The notes beneath the pieces were generated by a model, which did no database searches, had not been told where the DNA came from, and saw only the letters and a list, made by a program, of their open reading frames with translations. 64,000 nt of DNA, from assembly GCA_963739455.1 (NCBI GenBank), contig CAVUAK010000001.1, positions 448,001-512,000 of the forward strand. The letters are read 5' to 3'. The position numbers were made by a program, and so were the translations under genes. This DNA is from an uncultured Gemmatimonadales bacterium. GTDB lineage: Bacteria > Gemmatimonadota > Gemmatimonadetes > Gemmatimonadales > GWC2-71-9. Of this stretch, positions 37,343 through 47,573 are shown one piece after another (positions within the stretch are counted from its first letter, which is position 1; each line of letters begins with the position of its first letter).

Positions 37343-39066
37343 GTGCGTGTCACCTCGTGCTGCCGAGAACGCTGCGCCTCGGCGATGAGATTGCGTCCCG
37401 CCATCTTCGCGCGATAGAGCGCGCGGTCTGCCGCCACCAGCAGGTCACCATCCGCCGGCCGGTGCGGATCGAACTCCGCCACGCCGATGCTCACGGTGAC
37501 CAGTCCTGCCGGGTAGCCCAATCGGCGACCCACACCCTCGATGCCCGCCCGCAGCGCCTCGGCCACTCGCGTGGCCCCCGGAAGGTCGGTTCGCGTCAGG
37601 ATCACCACGAACTCGTCGCCACCGTACCGCGACGCCACGTCCGACGCACGAACCGCTGCCCGGATCTCTGCCGCCACCGCGCGGAGGATGTCGTTCCCCG
37701 CCTCGTGGCCATGCCGGTCGTTCACCTGCTTGAACGAGTCGAGATCGATGAACAGGACCGCGAAGGCTTCGTCACTTCGCTTGCTGCGCTCGATCTCGTA
37801 CTGCAGGCGCTCCTGGAGCACCCGATAGGTCGCGAGCCCCGTCAGCACATCGACCGCTGCCGCCCGCACCGCTTCGTCCGCCCGGCGCTCCTCGTGCGGC
37901 GGGCACTGCTTCAGGCTGGCCCGTCCCGATACCGCCGAGCGCGCGAACTGGAGGCAGGTGCCGTAGCCGCATGCACCGCAATCCCAGGCCTTGCCGTTCG
38001 ACGCCGTCCCGATCGCCGCGAGCACCGCGTTCACTGCGGCGGCATCGGCCGGTGCCGGCCGCGGCTTGATCTCGAACGTGGCGCCGATGCTCATCGTGAG
38101 CGCGCGGTCCACTACCGGACTCCGGCTCCGCGGCGGCTCGGCGCTCGCCACGAGTGCCCGCCGCCAGTAGAGCTCTTCCTTCGGGCCCGAGAGCGGGTGG
38201 TCGAGCGCACCCTCGTTCGAGAGGATGTCCACGAACCCCAGCTCGAGCCGGTCCGTCGTGACCGCGCGGGCGAGCGCCGGCAGCGCATCGAGCCCGCGAA
38301 CGATCTTGAACCGGCTGCTCGCCTGCCGCGCTTCCTCGAGCATCGCGAGGGGCATCCCGCCCGCCGCGCTCAGGTGGCGCCGGCGCTCCTCGGGGATGCG
38401 CTGGAAAAACGTCGGCTGCGTCAGGGCGCTCACACTGCGCATGCGCAGGAGCTGCTCCAGGTCCGAGAACGTCACCGCCGCATCCACCTCAGGACACGAG
38501 GGCGGCGCCACATGCCCCGCGTACACCACCGGCAGCGATGCGCCGTAACGCGCTCGCAGGTAGCGCGTCTCGGCGATCGTCGGCGTTGCTACGGGCGCCA
38601 GGTACGGCACCAACTCGGGATACTGCGTCCGGACCGTCTCCACCACCACCGGATCCGTCGACCGGACCATCGTGCCCCACGGCTCGTCTTCCCAGAGCCG
38701 CAGGTACTCCGTCGCCACCAGTTCGTCGCCGATGACTCCCCGGGTCACCACCCGGAACCCGGCTGCGTAGCAGGCGTTGATCACCTGCTCCGGCGTTGCT
38801 GGATAGAAATGAGCCGCCGACTCGGGGCTCAGGATCAGGGCGGCCGTTCCCTGACCTGCAAGCTCCAGCGCTCTCCCCAGCTCCCCGGACACCTTGACCG
38901 CCTGGTGAGGGCAGGCCGGAACGCATTCTCCGCAGCGGATGCAAGACTCGTCCACTACGCGCAAAAGCGGTGCCTCCCCAACGACTTCGATCGCATCGGA
39001 CGGGCAGATGCGAACGCAAGCGAGGCAAGCGACGCAGAGTTCAGCGTCGATCAGGAAGCTCAGCAA
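37339..39066 (-). CDS. Diguanylate cyclase with 2x[4Fe-4S] ferredoxin, degenerate [FeFe]-hydrogenase-like domain and FeS domain
   Basis: CVACLACVRICP, CIRCGECVPACP, DCGACGYGTC...C, DLDSFKQVND, RASD I-site, RYGGDEF. TTG start assumed (frame open to 39180). Confidence 0.88.
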   Translation of the reverse strand: MLSFLIDAELCVACLACVRICPSDAIEVVGEAPLLRVVDESCIRCGECVPACPHQAVKVSGELGRALELAGQGTAALILSPESAAHFYPATPEQVINACYAAGFRVVTRGVIGDELVATEYLRLWEDEPWGTMVRSTDPVVVETVRTQYPELVPYLAPVATPTIAETRYLRARYGASLPVVYAGHVAPPSCPEVDAAVTFSDLEQLLRMRSVSALTQPTFFQRIPEERRRHLSAAGGMPLAMLEEARQASSRFKIVRGLDALPALARAVTTDRLELGFVDILSNEGALDHPLSGPKEELYWRRALVASAEPPRSRSPVVDRALTMSIGATFEIKPRPAPADAAAVNAVLAAIGTASNGKAWDCGACGYGTCLQFARSAVSGRASLKQCPPHEERRADEAVRAAAVDVLTGLATYRVLQERLQYEIERSKRSDEAFAVLFIDLDSFKQVNDRHGHEAGNDILRAVAAEIRAAVRASDVASRYGGDEFVVILTRTDLPGATRVAEALRAGIEGVGRRLGYPAGLVTVSIGVAEFDPHRPADGDLLVAADRALYRAKMAGRNLIAEAQRSRQHEVTRT

Positions 39067-39193
39067 GGACTTTCCCGTGTTGGGAGGGAGGGAACTGCGC
39101 TCAGAATATCGGCATGGTGGTTCGCTAGTGTCAAGACTCGGCGGAGTGCAAAATATTGACAGTCGCTCGTTTAGCCGCATTCTGAGAGGCTAC

Positions 39194-40705
39194 TCAGGAG
39201 TCAAGATTATAGGCTCTTATTTTACGATACAGGGTCCGTTCCCCGATGCCCAATTGCTCCGCAGCGCGTCTCCTATTTCCACGGAAATCCTTGAGGGCAG
39301 CGGCGATAGCGGCCTTTTCGACGTCGGCCATGGTCATGCCCGCGCGGTAGACGATCTCGTCCGGCTCCGGCTCGTCGATGGGGGTGACCGAAATCTCGCC
39401 AATCTCAGGTCGTGGTGTCAGTTCGATCATGCGAGCAGGCGCTCGCTCCTGGCCGTCAAGACGCCGACGAAGCTCCTCCACCTGAAGCTTGAGCTCCATC
39501 AGGCTCCGGAGCAGGAACTCGAACTCCTGCCCCCCAACCCCAGCCGAGTGGCTGATTCGAGCCGGGAGGAGGCTTCCAGGCCCTTCCAGCACGTCTCGTG
39601 GGATGTCGCTGGCACGGATCTCGGCCCCGGGGGCCAGGACCACCATCGATTCGATGAGATTCCGGAGCTGCCTGATGTTTCCAGGCCACGGTGCACCGAC
39701 GAGCACATCCATCGCTTCCGGGGTGATTCCCCGGAAATGGCGGTCGTGGGCCTTGGAAAACTCGCGGATGAACCGCCGGACCAGCAGGGGGATGTCGCCC
39801 CGGCGCTCGCGAAGCGGGGGAAGGTAGATGTTGAGGACGTTGAGCCGGTAGAACAGGTCCTCCCGGAACTCGCCCACCGAGACCGCATCGCGGATGTTCC
39901 GGTTGGTCGCTGCCAGCACGCGAACGTCGACCTTGATCGCCTGGCTGCCGCCCACCCGGTAGAAGGTCCGGGTCTCCAGCACCCGCAGCAGCTTCACCTG
40001 GATGGCGGGCGATGTCTCGCCGATCTCGTCGAGGAAGAGCGTGCCGCCGTCCGCCAGTTCGAATCGACCGAGCCGGCGCTCTGCCGCGCCGGTGAACGAG
40101 CCCTTCTCGTGACCGAACAGCTCGCTCTCGAGCAGTGTCTCGGGTAGCGCCCCGCAGTTGACCGCGATGAACGCCTTGCCGCGCCGGGACGAGAGGTCGT
40201 GGAGGGCCTTGGCGACGAGTTCCTTGCCGGTGCCCGACTCGCCCTGGATCAGCACGGTGCTCGACACCGGCGCCATCTGCTCGATGCGCACCAGCACTTC
40301 CTGGATCGGCGCGCTCTCGCCCACGATGCCGGTGCGCTCCTGCAGGCGGCGCCGCTCGATGAGCCGCTGCGCCACCGCCACGACTTCGTCGGGCCGCGCC
40401 GGCTTGGTCATCACGCCGGTGACGCCGAGCTGGGCCGCCTTCTCCGGTCCCTCGGAATCGGTGGACTCCAGCAGTGCCAGCGTCGATACCTCGCGGTCGT
40501 GCGCGTAGGCCACCAGGTGCCGCGCCGGCGGCTCGTAGAGCGCACCGGTGAGGATGATCAGCACCGGATGCTCCCGGCGCACGGCACCCCTCGCATCGTC
40601 GAGGGCCGCAATCGTGTTCGTGGCAAAGCCCGCGGCCTCGAATGCGGCGTTGAGCGGCACCGCCGTGCCGAGGTCGTCGAGCGTGATGAGAACCTTGTCC
40701 GCCAT
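39194..40705 (-). CDS. sigma54-dependent enhancer-binding protein with atypical receiver domain
   Basis: [50 protein letters not shown], Fis-type HTH. Confidence 0.92.
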   Translation of the reverse strand: MADKVLITLDDLGTAVPLNAAFEAAGFATNTIAALDDARGAVRREHPVLIILTGALYEPPARHLVAYAHDREVSTLALLESTDSEGPEKAAQLGVTGVMTKPARPDEVVAVAQRLIERRRLQERTGIVGESAPIQEVLVRIEQMAPVSSTVLIQGESGTGKELVAKALHDLSSRRGKAFIAVNCGALPETLLESELFGHEKGSFTGAAERRLGRFELADGGTLFLDEIGETSPAIQVKLLRVLETRTFYRVGGSQAIKVDVRVLAATNRNIRDAVSVGEFREDLFYRLNVLNIYLPPLRERRGDIPLLVRRFIREFSKAHDRHFRGITPEAMDVLVGAPWPGNIRQLRNLIESMVVLAPGAEIRASDIPRDVLEGPGSLLPARISHSAGVGGQEFEFLLRSLMELKLQVEELRRRLDGQERAPARMIELTPRPEIGEISVTPIDEPEPDEIVYRAGMTMADVEKAAIAAALKDFRGNRRRAAEQLGIGERTLYRKIRAYNLDS

Positions 40706-41190
40706 CAGTGATCCACTCCACTTCCCTTGAGCAGTGCCACCGCGTGCTCCAGCAGGTCGTCCAGCACCGCGAGCCCATCGCGCACGCCGCCGGTGCTGCC
40801 GGGCAGGTTCACGATCAGCGCCCGCCCGCGCACGCCGGAAACGCCGCGTGACAGCGCGGCGCGATGAAAGCGGGGATAGACCGCGTGACGCAGTCGCCTC
40901 GGCGATGCCGGGCGCTTCCTTGTCGAGGACGGCACGCGTGGCCTCGGGAGTCACGTCGCGCAGCCGTGAGGCCGGTTCCACCGGTGGTCAGGATGACATC
41001 GACGCGCCCACCGTCCGCCCAGCGCACGAGGATGGCGCCGATGGTCGCCGTCTCGTCGGGAACGAGCGCACGCTCGGCGATGGCGTAGCCCTTCTCGGTG
41101 GCCCACGCTGCGATCGCGTCGCCGGAGCCATCAACCCGTTCGCCGCGCGCGCCCTGCATCGCTGATGGTCAGAATTCCGAGACGAATCAC
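40705..41190 (-). CDS. mogA: MogA/MoaB molybdenum cofactor biosynthesis protein (three apparent frameshifts)
   Basis: Pieces in successive frames: IRLGILTISD, D.SG, VPDE, DVILTTGGTGL, RDVTPEAT, PGIAEA, AALSRG, IVNLPGS. Confidence 0.8.
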
Positions 41191-41222
41191 TTGCCGCCCT
41201 GCCGCCTTGTCATCCTGCCGCC
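41190..41222. repeat. Degenerate tandem 8-mer (CTGCCGCC) array spanning the gcvT stop
   Basis: cttgccgc-cctgccgc-cttgtcat-cctgccgc. Confidence 0.6.
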
Positions 41223-42326
41223 TTCTTCACCGACCCATTCTTCCAGAACGGCCGCGCCACGACCTCGGCAGGAATGCGCTCGCCGCGGCACTCGATCTCG
41301 AATTGGGTACCGACCTTCGCGGCTTCCGCGGGCAGGAACGTCGTGCCGATGGCCGCGCCGAGCGACGGGCTCTGCGTGCCGCTCCGCACGAGGTCGACCT
41401 GCTTGTCCTGGTACCACACCGGGTAGCCCTGCCGGGCGATGCCGCGCCCGAGCAGCTTGAAGCCGACCATCTTCCGGGTGACGCCGCGCGCCTTCTGCGC
41501 CGTGAGCGCATCGGCGCCAGTGAAGGGCGCGCCCTTGTTGAGCTTCACGATCCAGGCGAGTCCCGCCTCCAGCGGCGTGATGTTGCGGTCGATTTCATGG
41601 CCGTAGAGCGCGTAGCCCACCTCGAGCCGCAGCGAGTCGCGAGCACCGAGCCCGATCGGCAGCGCGCCTGCCTTCAGCAGCGCTTCCCAGATCGCTGGCG
41701 TGTCCTTCCACCGGCAGTAGAGCTCGAAGCCGTCCTCGCCGGTGTAGCCGGTGCGGGAGATGAAGCACTGGCATCCCGCGATCTTGCCGTTGTCGTGGTG
41801 GTAGTAGGCGATCGTCGGCCAATGGCAGGTCGGCGAGCGGCTGGAGCGTCTTCTCTGCGTCGGGGCCCTGGATGGCAATGAGCCCCACGTCGCTCGAGAT
41901 GTCCTTGAGCCGGACGTTGGCACCGCCCTTCAGGTCGACGATGTGTTCCCACGCCGCCGCGACGTTGGCCGCGTTCACGACGATCATGATCTTGTCGTCG
42001 AAGCGGTAGACGGTGCAGTCGTCGATGAACGTGCCCTCGCGCGTCAGGATCCCCGAGTACTGCACCCCGCCCGCCTCGAGCGCCCCGACGTCGTTGCACG
42101 TGATCCGGTTGACGAACGCGTTGCGATCGGGGCCGGTGACCTCGAACTCGCCCATGTGCGAGACGTCGAAGATTCCCACCTTGGTGCGCACCGCCTGGTG
42201 CTCGGCCATGATGCCGGACGGATACTGCACCGGCATTTCCCAGCCGGCGTAGGGCACCATCTTGCCGCCCAGGCGGCGGTGGATGTCGTAGAGGGGAGTG
42301 CGGAGGAGTTCAGTCATTGTGGTCAC
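41210..42326 (-). CDS. gcvT: Glycine cleavage system aminomethyltransferase T (frameshift near 41820)
   Basis: [28 protein letters not shown], then [23 protein letters not shown]. Confidence 0.92.
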
Positions 42327-43231
42327 GAGCCTCCCATGAGCATCGCCATCAGCGCCTTCTGTGCATGCAGCCGGTTCTCGGCTTCATCCCACACGCGCGA
42401 CTGCGGTCCCTCGAGCACGCTCTCGCTTACCTCTTCGCCACGATGTGCCGGAAGACAGTGCAGGAAGATCGCCGACTTCGCCGCGAGCGACATCAGGCGA
42501 TCGTCCACCAGGAAGCCGGCGAAGGCCTTCTCGCGCTGTTCCTGCTCCGCTTCCTGTCCCATGGACGCCCAGACGTCGGTGTTGATCACGTCGGCGCCGC
42601 GGGCCGCTTCGTCGGGCGAACGCGTCAGCACGATCCGGGTGCGCTTCCCTGCGGCTGCCACGAGGGCGGCATCGGGGTCGTATCCCTCGGGGCACGCCAG
42701 CCGAAGCTCGAAGCCCAGCACCGCCGCCGCCTCGATCCAGCTGTGCGCCATGTTGTTTCCATCACCGATCCAGGCGATGACGCGCTTCGAGACATCGCCC
42801 AGGTTCTCGTGCACGGTGAGCAGGTCGGCGAGGATCTGGCAGGGATGGTTGTAGTCGGTGAGCCCGTTGATGACCGGCACCGTGGCGAAGCGCGCGAGTT
42901 CCTCCACGTCGGCGTGCGCAAAGGTGCGGATCATGATGCCGTCGACATAGCGGGAGAGGACTCGCGCCATGTCGCGGATCGGCTCGCCCCGCCCGAGCTG
43001 GATGTCCCGCGACGAGAGGAACAGCGCGTGACCGCCCAGCTGCGCCGACCCAACCTCGAACGACACCCTTGTCCTGGTAGAGGACTTGGTGAAGATCATC
43101 GCCAGCGACTTGCCCGCGAGCGGTCGCTCGCGATAGGCCCCGGACTTCATCCGGCTCGCGAGGTCGATCAGCCCGAGCAGGTCGTCGCGACCCAGGTCGG
43201 TCACGGCGAGGAAATCGCGCTTCGTCGTCAT
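42323..43231 (-). CDS. argF: Ornithine carbamoyltransferase
   Basis: SSTRTRVSFE, HPCQILAD, DVWASMGQE, HCLP. Confidence 0.95.
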   Translation of the reverse strand: MTTKRDFLAVTDLGRDDLLGLIDLASRMKSGAYRERPLAGKSLAMIFTKSSTRTRVSFEVGSAQLGGHALFLSSRDIQLGRGEPIRDMARVLSRYVDGIMIRTFAHADVEELARFATVPVINGLTDYNHPCQILADLLTVHENLGDVSKRVIAWIGDGNNMAHSWIEAAAVLGFELRLACPEGYDPDAALVAAAGKRTRIVLTRSPDEAARGADVINTDVWASMGQEAEQEQREKAFAGFLVDDRLMSLAAKSAIFLHCLPAHRGEEVSESVLEGPQSRVWDEAENRLHAQKALMAMLMGGS

Positions 43232-44715
43232 CAGAGGATGTACCGTCGGAGGTCGTCGTCGCCGAGGATCGCGCCGAGGCGCGCCTTCACCACGTCACCT
43301 GAAATGACGATGCGCTGCCCGCCCAGTTCGGGAAGCTCGAACAGGATGTCTTCCATGACGGTGGCCATGACCGTGTGCAACCGGCGCGCACCGATGTTCT
43401 CGAGGCGCTCGTTGGCTTCGCGGGCCATCCGCGCGAGCTCAGTGATGGCACCATCCTCGAAGACCAGCTCCCTGCCCTCGGCGGCCACGAGTGCCTGGTA
43501 TTGCTTGGTGATCGCGCCCTCCGGCTCGGTGAGGATCCGGATGAAGTCGGCCTCGGTCAGCGGCTTCAGCTCGACGCGAATGGGGAACCGCCCCTGCAGC
43601 TCAGGGATCAGGTCGCTGGGCTTGGACACGTGGAACGCACCCGCCGCGATGAACAGGATGTGATCGGTGCGCACGTAGCCGTAGCGGGTCTGCACCGTCG
43701 AGCCCTCGACGATCGGGAGCAGGTCGCGCTGGACGCCCTCGCGGGACACATCCGGACCCGACGTCGCCCGCTCACCGGCGATCTTGTCGAGTTCGTCGAT
43801 GAACAGGATGCCGTGGTTCTCGACCCGGTCGAGCGCCTCGTTCACCGTGTCGTCCATGTCCACCAGCTTCTTCAACTCCTCATCGATCAGGATGCGCCGG
43901 GCCTCGGGCACCTTGACGGTGCGCCGCTTCTTGCGCTTCGGCATCATCTCCTGCAGCCACTCGGTGAAGTTGAAGTCGGTGCCTTCCATTCCCTGCGGCG
44001 GCTGCATCATCTCCATGCCGGGGAAGTTCTGCGGCACCACCTCGATCTCCACCTCGCGATCGTCGAGCTTTCCGTCGGCGAGCATCTGCTTGAGCTTCTC
44101 GCGCGAGCGCTCGCGACGACCGGCGTCGGGCTCGCTGGATGCCTGGCCACTCGCGCCGACCACAAACACGTGGCTCGCCTTCGGGCGCCCACCCTCCCCG
44201 CCTTCCCCGCCCTTCCCGCCCACCGGTGCAGGGAGCGGCGGCAACAGCAGATCCAGCAGCCGCTCATCGGCCCGCGCCTCGGCCTGGGGATAGACCTCAT
44301 CCTCGCGCTCGGTGCGCACCATGTTGATGGCAGCATCCACCAGGTCGCGCACCATCGACTCGACGTCGCGTCCCACGTAGCCGACTTCGGTGAACTTGGA
44401 CGCCTCGACCTTAAGGAAGGGCGCGCCCGCGAGCCGCGCCAGGCGCCGGGCGACCTCGGTTTTTCCGACGCCGGTCGGGCCGATCATGATGATGTTGTAC
44501 GGGGTGATCTCGTCCCGGATGTTGTCGGGCGCCTGCGCCCGACGCCACCGGTTCCGCACCGCGATCGCCACCGCCTTCTTCGCGGCATCCTGGCCCACGA
44601 TATAGCGATCCAGTTCCACCACGATCTGGCGGGGCGGCAGCTCCTCGAGCCATGGTGGCACCGGCTGGTCGCCGGGCTGGGTCGGGTCGATCGGTATTTC
44701 GGGCTTGCTGGTCAT
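43231..44715 (-). CDS. hslU: ATP-dependent protease ATPase subunit HslU
   Basis: [54 protein letters not shown]. Confidence 0.97.
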   Translation of the reverse strand: MTSKPEIPIDPTQPGDQPVPPWLEELPPRQIVVELDRYIVGQDAAKKAVAIAVRNRWRRAQAPDNIRDEITPYNIIMIGPTGVGKTEVARRLARLAGAPFLKVEASKFTEVGYVGRDVESMVRDLVDAAINMVRTEREDEVYPQAEARADERLLDLLLPPLPAPVGGKGGEGGEGGRPKASHVFVVGASGQASSEPDAGRRERSREKLKQMLADGKLDDREVEIEVVPQNFPGMEMMQPPQGMEGTDFNFTEWLQEMMPKRKKRRTVKVPEARRILIDEELKKLVDMDDTVNEALDRVENHGILFIDELDKIAGERATSGPDVSREGVQRDLLPIVEGSTVQTRYGYVRTDHILFIAAGAFHVSKPSDLIPELQGRFPIRVELKPLTEADFIRILTEPEGAITKQYQALVAAEGRELVFEDGAITELARMAREANERLENIGARRLHTVMATVMEDILFELPELGGQRIVISGDVVKARLGAILGDDDLRRYIL

Positions 44716-44738
44716 GGGGACAAGATAGCGGGGCCGCC

Positions 44739-45281
44739 TCAGGCGCCGAGTTCGACGATCGTGATGTTCCGGTTGGTGTAGACGCAGATATCCGACGCGA
44801 TTTCCAGCGACTTCTGGGTCACCTCACGGGCACTGAGCTTCGTCTCGGCCACGAGCGCGCGCGCCGCCGCCAGCGCATAGTTGCCGCCGGACCCGATGGC
44901 GAGCACCCCATCATCGGGCTCGATGAGTTCACCCGAGCCGCTCAGCAGGTAGCTGTGCTCCAGGTCGGCCACACAGAGCAGCGCCTCGAGCCGGCGCAGG
45001 ATCCGGTCGCTGCGCCAGTCCTTGGCCAGTTCCACCGCCGCGCGCGGCAGGTTGCCGGGGTGCCGCTCGAGCTTCTCCTCGAACTTCTCGAACAGCGTCA
45101 ATGCATCGGCCACCGAGCCCGCGAATCCCGCGAGCACGCGGCCACCCTTGAGCGCCCGGACCTTGGTGGCGTTCGACTTCATGATCGAGTCGCCGATGCT
45201 CACCTGGCCATCGCCACCGAGCGCGACGCGGCCGTCGCGGCGAACGCAGACGATTGTGGTTCCGTGGTAGGACACATTCAC
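44739..45281 (-). CDS. hslV: ATP-dependent protease subunit HslV
   Basis: [34 protein letters not shown]. Confidence 0.97.
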   Translation of the reverse strand: MNVSYHGTTIVCVRRDGRVALGGDGQVSIGDSIMKSNATKVRALKGGRVLAGFAGSVADALTLFEKFEEKLERHPGNLPRAAVELAKDWRSDRILRRLEALLCVADLEHSYLLSGSGELIEPDDGVLAIGSGGNYALAAARALVAETKLSAREVTQKSLEIASDICVYTNRNITIVELGA

Positions 45282-45288
45282 CTCATGG

Positions 45289-45371
45289 GACGTGATGACG
45301 TGATGACGTGATGGGGACGGAATGACGGACGGATCGACCTCACGTCCTCACGTCCTCACGTCCTCACGTCT
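45289..45371. repeat. Inverted 8-mer arrays (GACGTGAT)x3 ... (TCACGTCC)x4
   Basis: Fill the xerC-hslV intergenic space and can pair into a hairpin. Confidence 0.85.
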
Positions 45372-46294
45372 CAAGCGCGCGGGTGAGCGCGCTTGTACAC
45401 CTGCTTGAGCCTCTCCACACTCGTATGCGTATACACCTGCGTGGTACTCAGGCTCGCGTGACCCAGCAGCTCCTGCACCGCCCGCAGGTCCGCTCCCGCA
45501 TCGAGCAGGTGCGTGGCGAAAGTGTGTCGCAGGCTGTGAACGCGCAACTCGTCGCCGCCAATGGCATCAAACAGCTGGTGCATGGCGCGTTGCACGCTCC
45601 GCCCCGTGAGCCTCGCTCCGCGCCGGCTGACGAACATCGCGCGGTGGTCGCCCCGCCCCGGCTGCATGACGCCGCCCCGCGCGGTGAGCCACCGGCGGAG
45701 CGCCTGGACCGCCCGCGATCCCACCGGGATGATGCGCTCCTTCCGCCCCTTGCCCCGCACCTTCACCTGGTCGGACAGGAGGTCGACGTCGCCCAGGTTC
45801 AACCCGGCGAGCTCCGACAACCGCATGCCCGTGGAGTAGAAGAGCTCGAGCATCGCGAGGTCCCGGAGTGCCGCGAAGTCGTCGCCGGCCGCACGTGCCT
45901 CCGCTGCCGCGAAGAGGTCATCGGTCCGGCCACGATCGAGGTACGTGGGGAGGCGCTTCTCGATGCGTGGCACCCTGGCCGCTCGAGCCACCCCCGACTC
46001 CAGGCCATGATGCACCTGCCGGAAGCGGAAGAAGCTGCGTACCGCCGAGAGTGCCCGGGCAGCACTGCGCTTCGCGAGGCCGCGCCGCTGCATCTCTCCC
46101 AGGAACCCGCGGATGGCCAGGCGATCAACCGTTTCCCAGGTCCAGGCGCCGCCGCTGTGACGCCCCAGGAACTCGACGAATGAATCGAGGTCGCGCGAGT
46201 AGGCCTTCACCGTATGCGGCGACTGCTGGCGCTCGTCCGCGAGATGACGGAGGAACTCCGTGATGTCGGGGTGAGCTACAGCGCGCTTCGCCAT
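45371..46294 (-). CDS. xerC: Tyrosine recombinase XerC
   Basis: [59 protein letters not shown]. The topA-trmFO-xerC-hslVU synteny indicates the chromosomal Xer. Confidence 0.92.
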   Translation of the reverse strand: MAKRAVAHPDITEFLRHLADERQQSPHTVKAYSRDLDSFVEFLGRHSGGAWTWETVDRLAIRGFLGEMQRRGLAKRSAARALSAVRSFFRFRQVHHGLESGVARAARVPRIEKRLPTYLDRGRTDDLFAAAEARAAGDDFAALRDLAMLELFYSTGMRLSELAGLNLGDVDLLSDQVKVRGKGRKERIIPVGSRAVQALRRWLTARGGVMQPGRGDHRAMFVSRRGARLTGRSVQRAMHQLFDAIGGDELRVHSLRHTFATHLLDAGADLRAVQELLGHASLSTTQVYTHTSVERLKQVYKRAHPRA

Positions 46295-47573
46295 GCCGTG
46301 AAATCCTCCACCGCCCGTGCCACGAGCGCCGCCTTCTTCGCGTCCTTCTTCACCTTGCCAGGAAGCGGATCCAGCAGTCCGAAGTTCGCGTTCATCGGCT
46401 GGAAATGCCTCGGGTCCGCCTCTCGAAGGTAGCGATAGAGCCCGCCAAGCATCGTGGTAGGCGGCGGCACGACCAGTGGCAGCCCCCGGAGCCGCCGCGC
46501 GAGGTTGATCCCCGCGAGCAGCCCCGTCCCCAGCGACTCGGTGTATCCCTCCACGCCTGTCAGCTGGCCAGCGAAGAAGAGGCGGTCATCATCCTTCGCG
46601 GTCAGTGCATCCCCCAACCCCGCCGGGCTGTTCAGGTACGAATTGCGATGGATGCTGCCGTATCGCAGGAACTCGGCGTTCTCGAGACCCGGGATCGCGC
46701 GAAAGACCTTCTGCTGTTCCGGTATGCGCAGCCGTGTCTGGAAGCCGACCAGGTTCCACATCTGGCCTGCGCGATCCTCGCGGCGCAGTTGCACCACCGC
46801 GTGCGGTTCACGACCGGTCCGCGGATCAGGAAGACCCACCGGCTTCATCGGCCCAAACCGCGGCGTCTCCCTGCCCCTCCGCGCCATCTCCTCTACCGGG
46901 AGGCACCCCTCGAAGAACGGCACCTTGTCGAACTCGTGCGCGGTGAACTGGTCGCCCGCAATCAAGGCATCGATGAACGCCTCGTAGCCCGGCTGGTCCA
47001 TCGGGGCGTTGAGGTAGTCGTCGCCATCACCCTTGCCATAGCGTGACAAGGCATACAACACGCCGTGATCGAGTGATTCCGAGCTGACGATCGGGGCAAT
47101 GGCATCATAGAACGCGAGCGCCGACGCACCGAGACGCGCCGGCAATGGCTTCCGCCAGCGCCGGCGATGTGAGCGGCCCCGTCGCGACAACACCGGGGCT
47201 CGGAAGCTCCGCAACTTCACCGCGCACCACCGTGATGTTCGGGTGTGCGGTGACCCGTCGCATGGGCCGCGCGCGAGAAGGCCTCGCGATCCACCGCCAG
47301 CGCCGACCCGCCCGGCACCCGTGCCTCGTCGGCACAGGTGAGCATGAGGCTGCCCAGTGCGCGCAATTCGGCCTTGAGCAGTCCGTGCGCGTTCTCGAGC
47401 TCGACTGACTTGAAGGAATTGGAGCAGACCAGCTCGGCAAGCCGGTCGGACTGGTGCGCGGCCGTCTTCACCACCGGTCGCATTTCGTGCAGGGTTACCT
47501 GGACGCCCCGCTCGGCGAGCGCCCAGGCGGCCTCACAGCCCGCCAGGCCGCCCCCGATGACGGAGGCCTTCAC
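46276..47573 (-). CDS. trmFO: FAD-dependent tRNA (uracil-54-C5)-methyltransferase (two apparent frameshifts, near 47262 and 47140)
   Basis: [58 protein letters not shown]. Confidence 0.92.

Noticed and set aside
39194..40981. Apparent MogA fragment fused to the sigma54 activator
   Set aside because: Product of mogA frameshifts. The activator starts at ATG 40705, overlapping the mogA stop.
45371..46294. Tyrosine recombinase as an integrase of a mobile element
   Set aside because: XerC motifs and housekeeping synteny (topA-trmFO-xerC-hslVU), with no att sites or cargo
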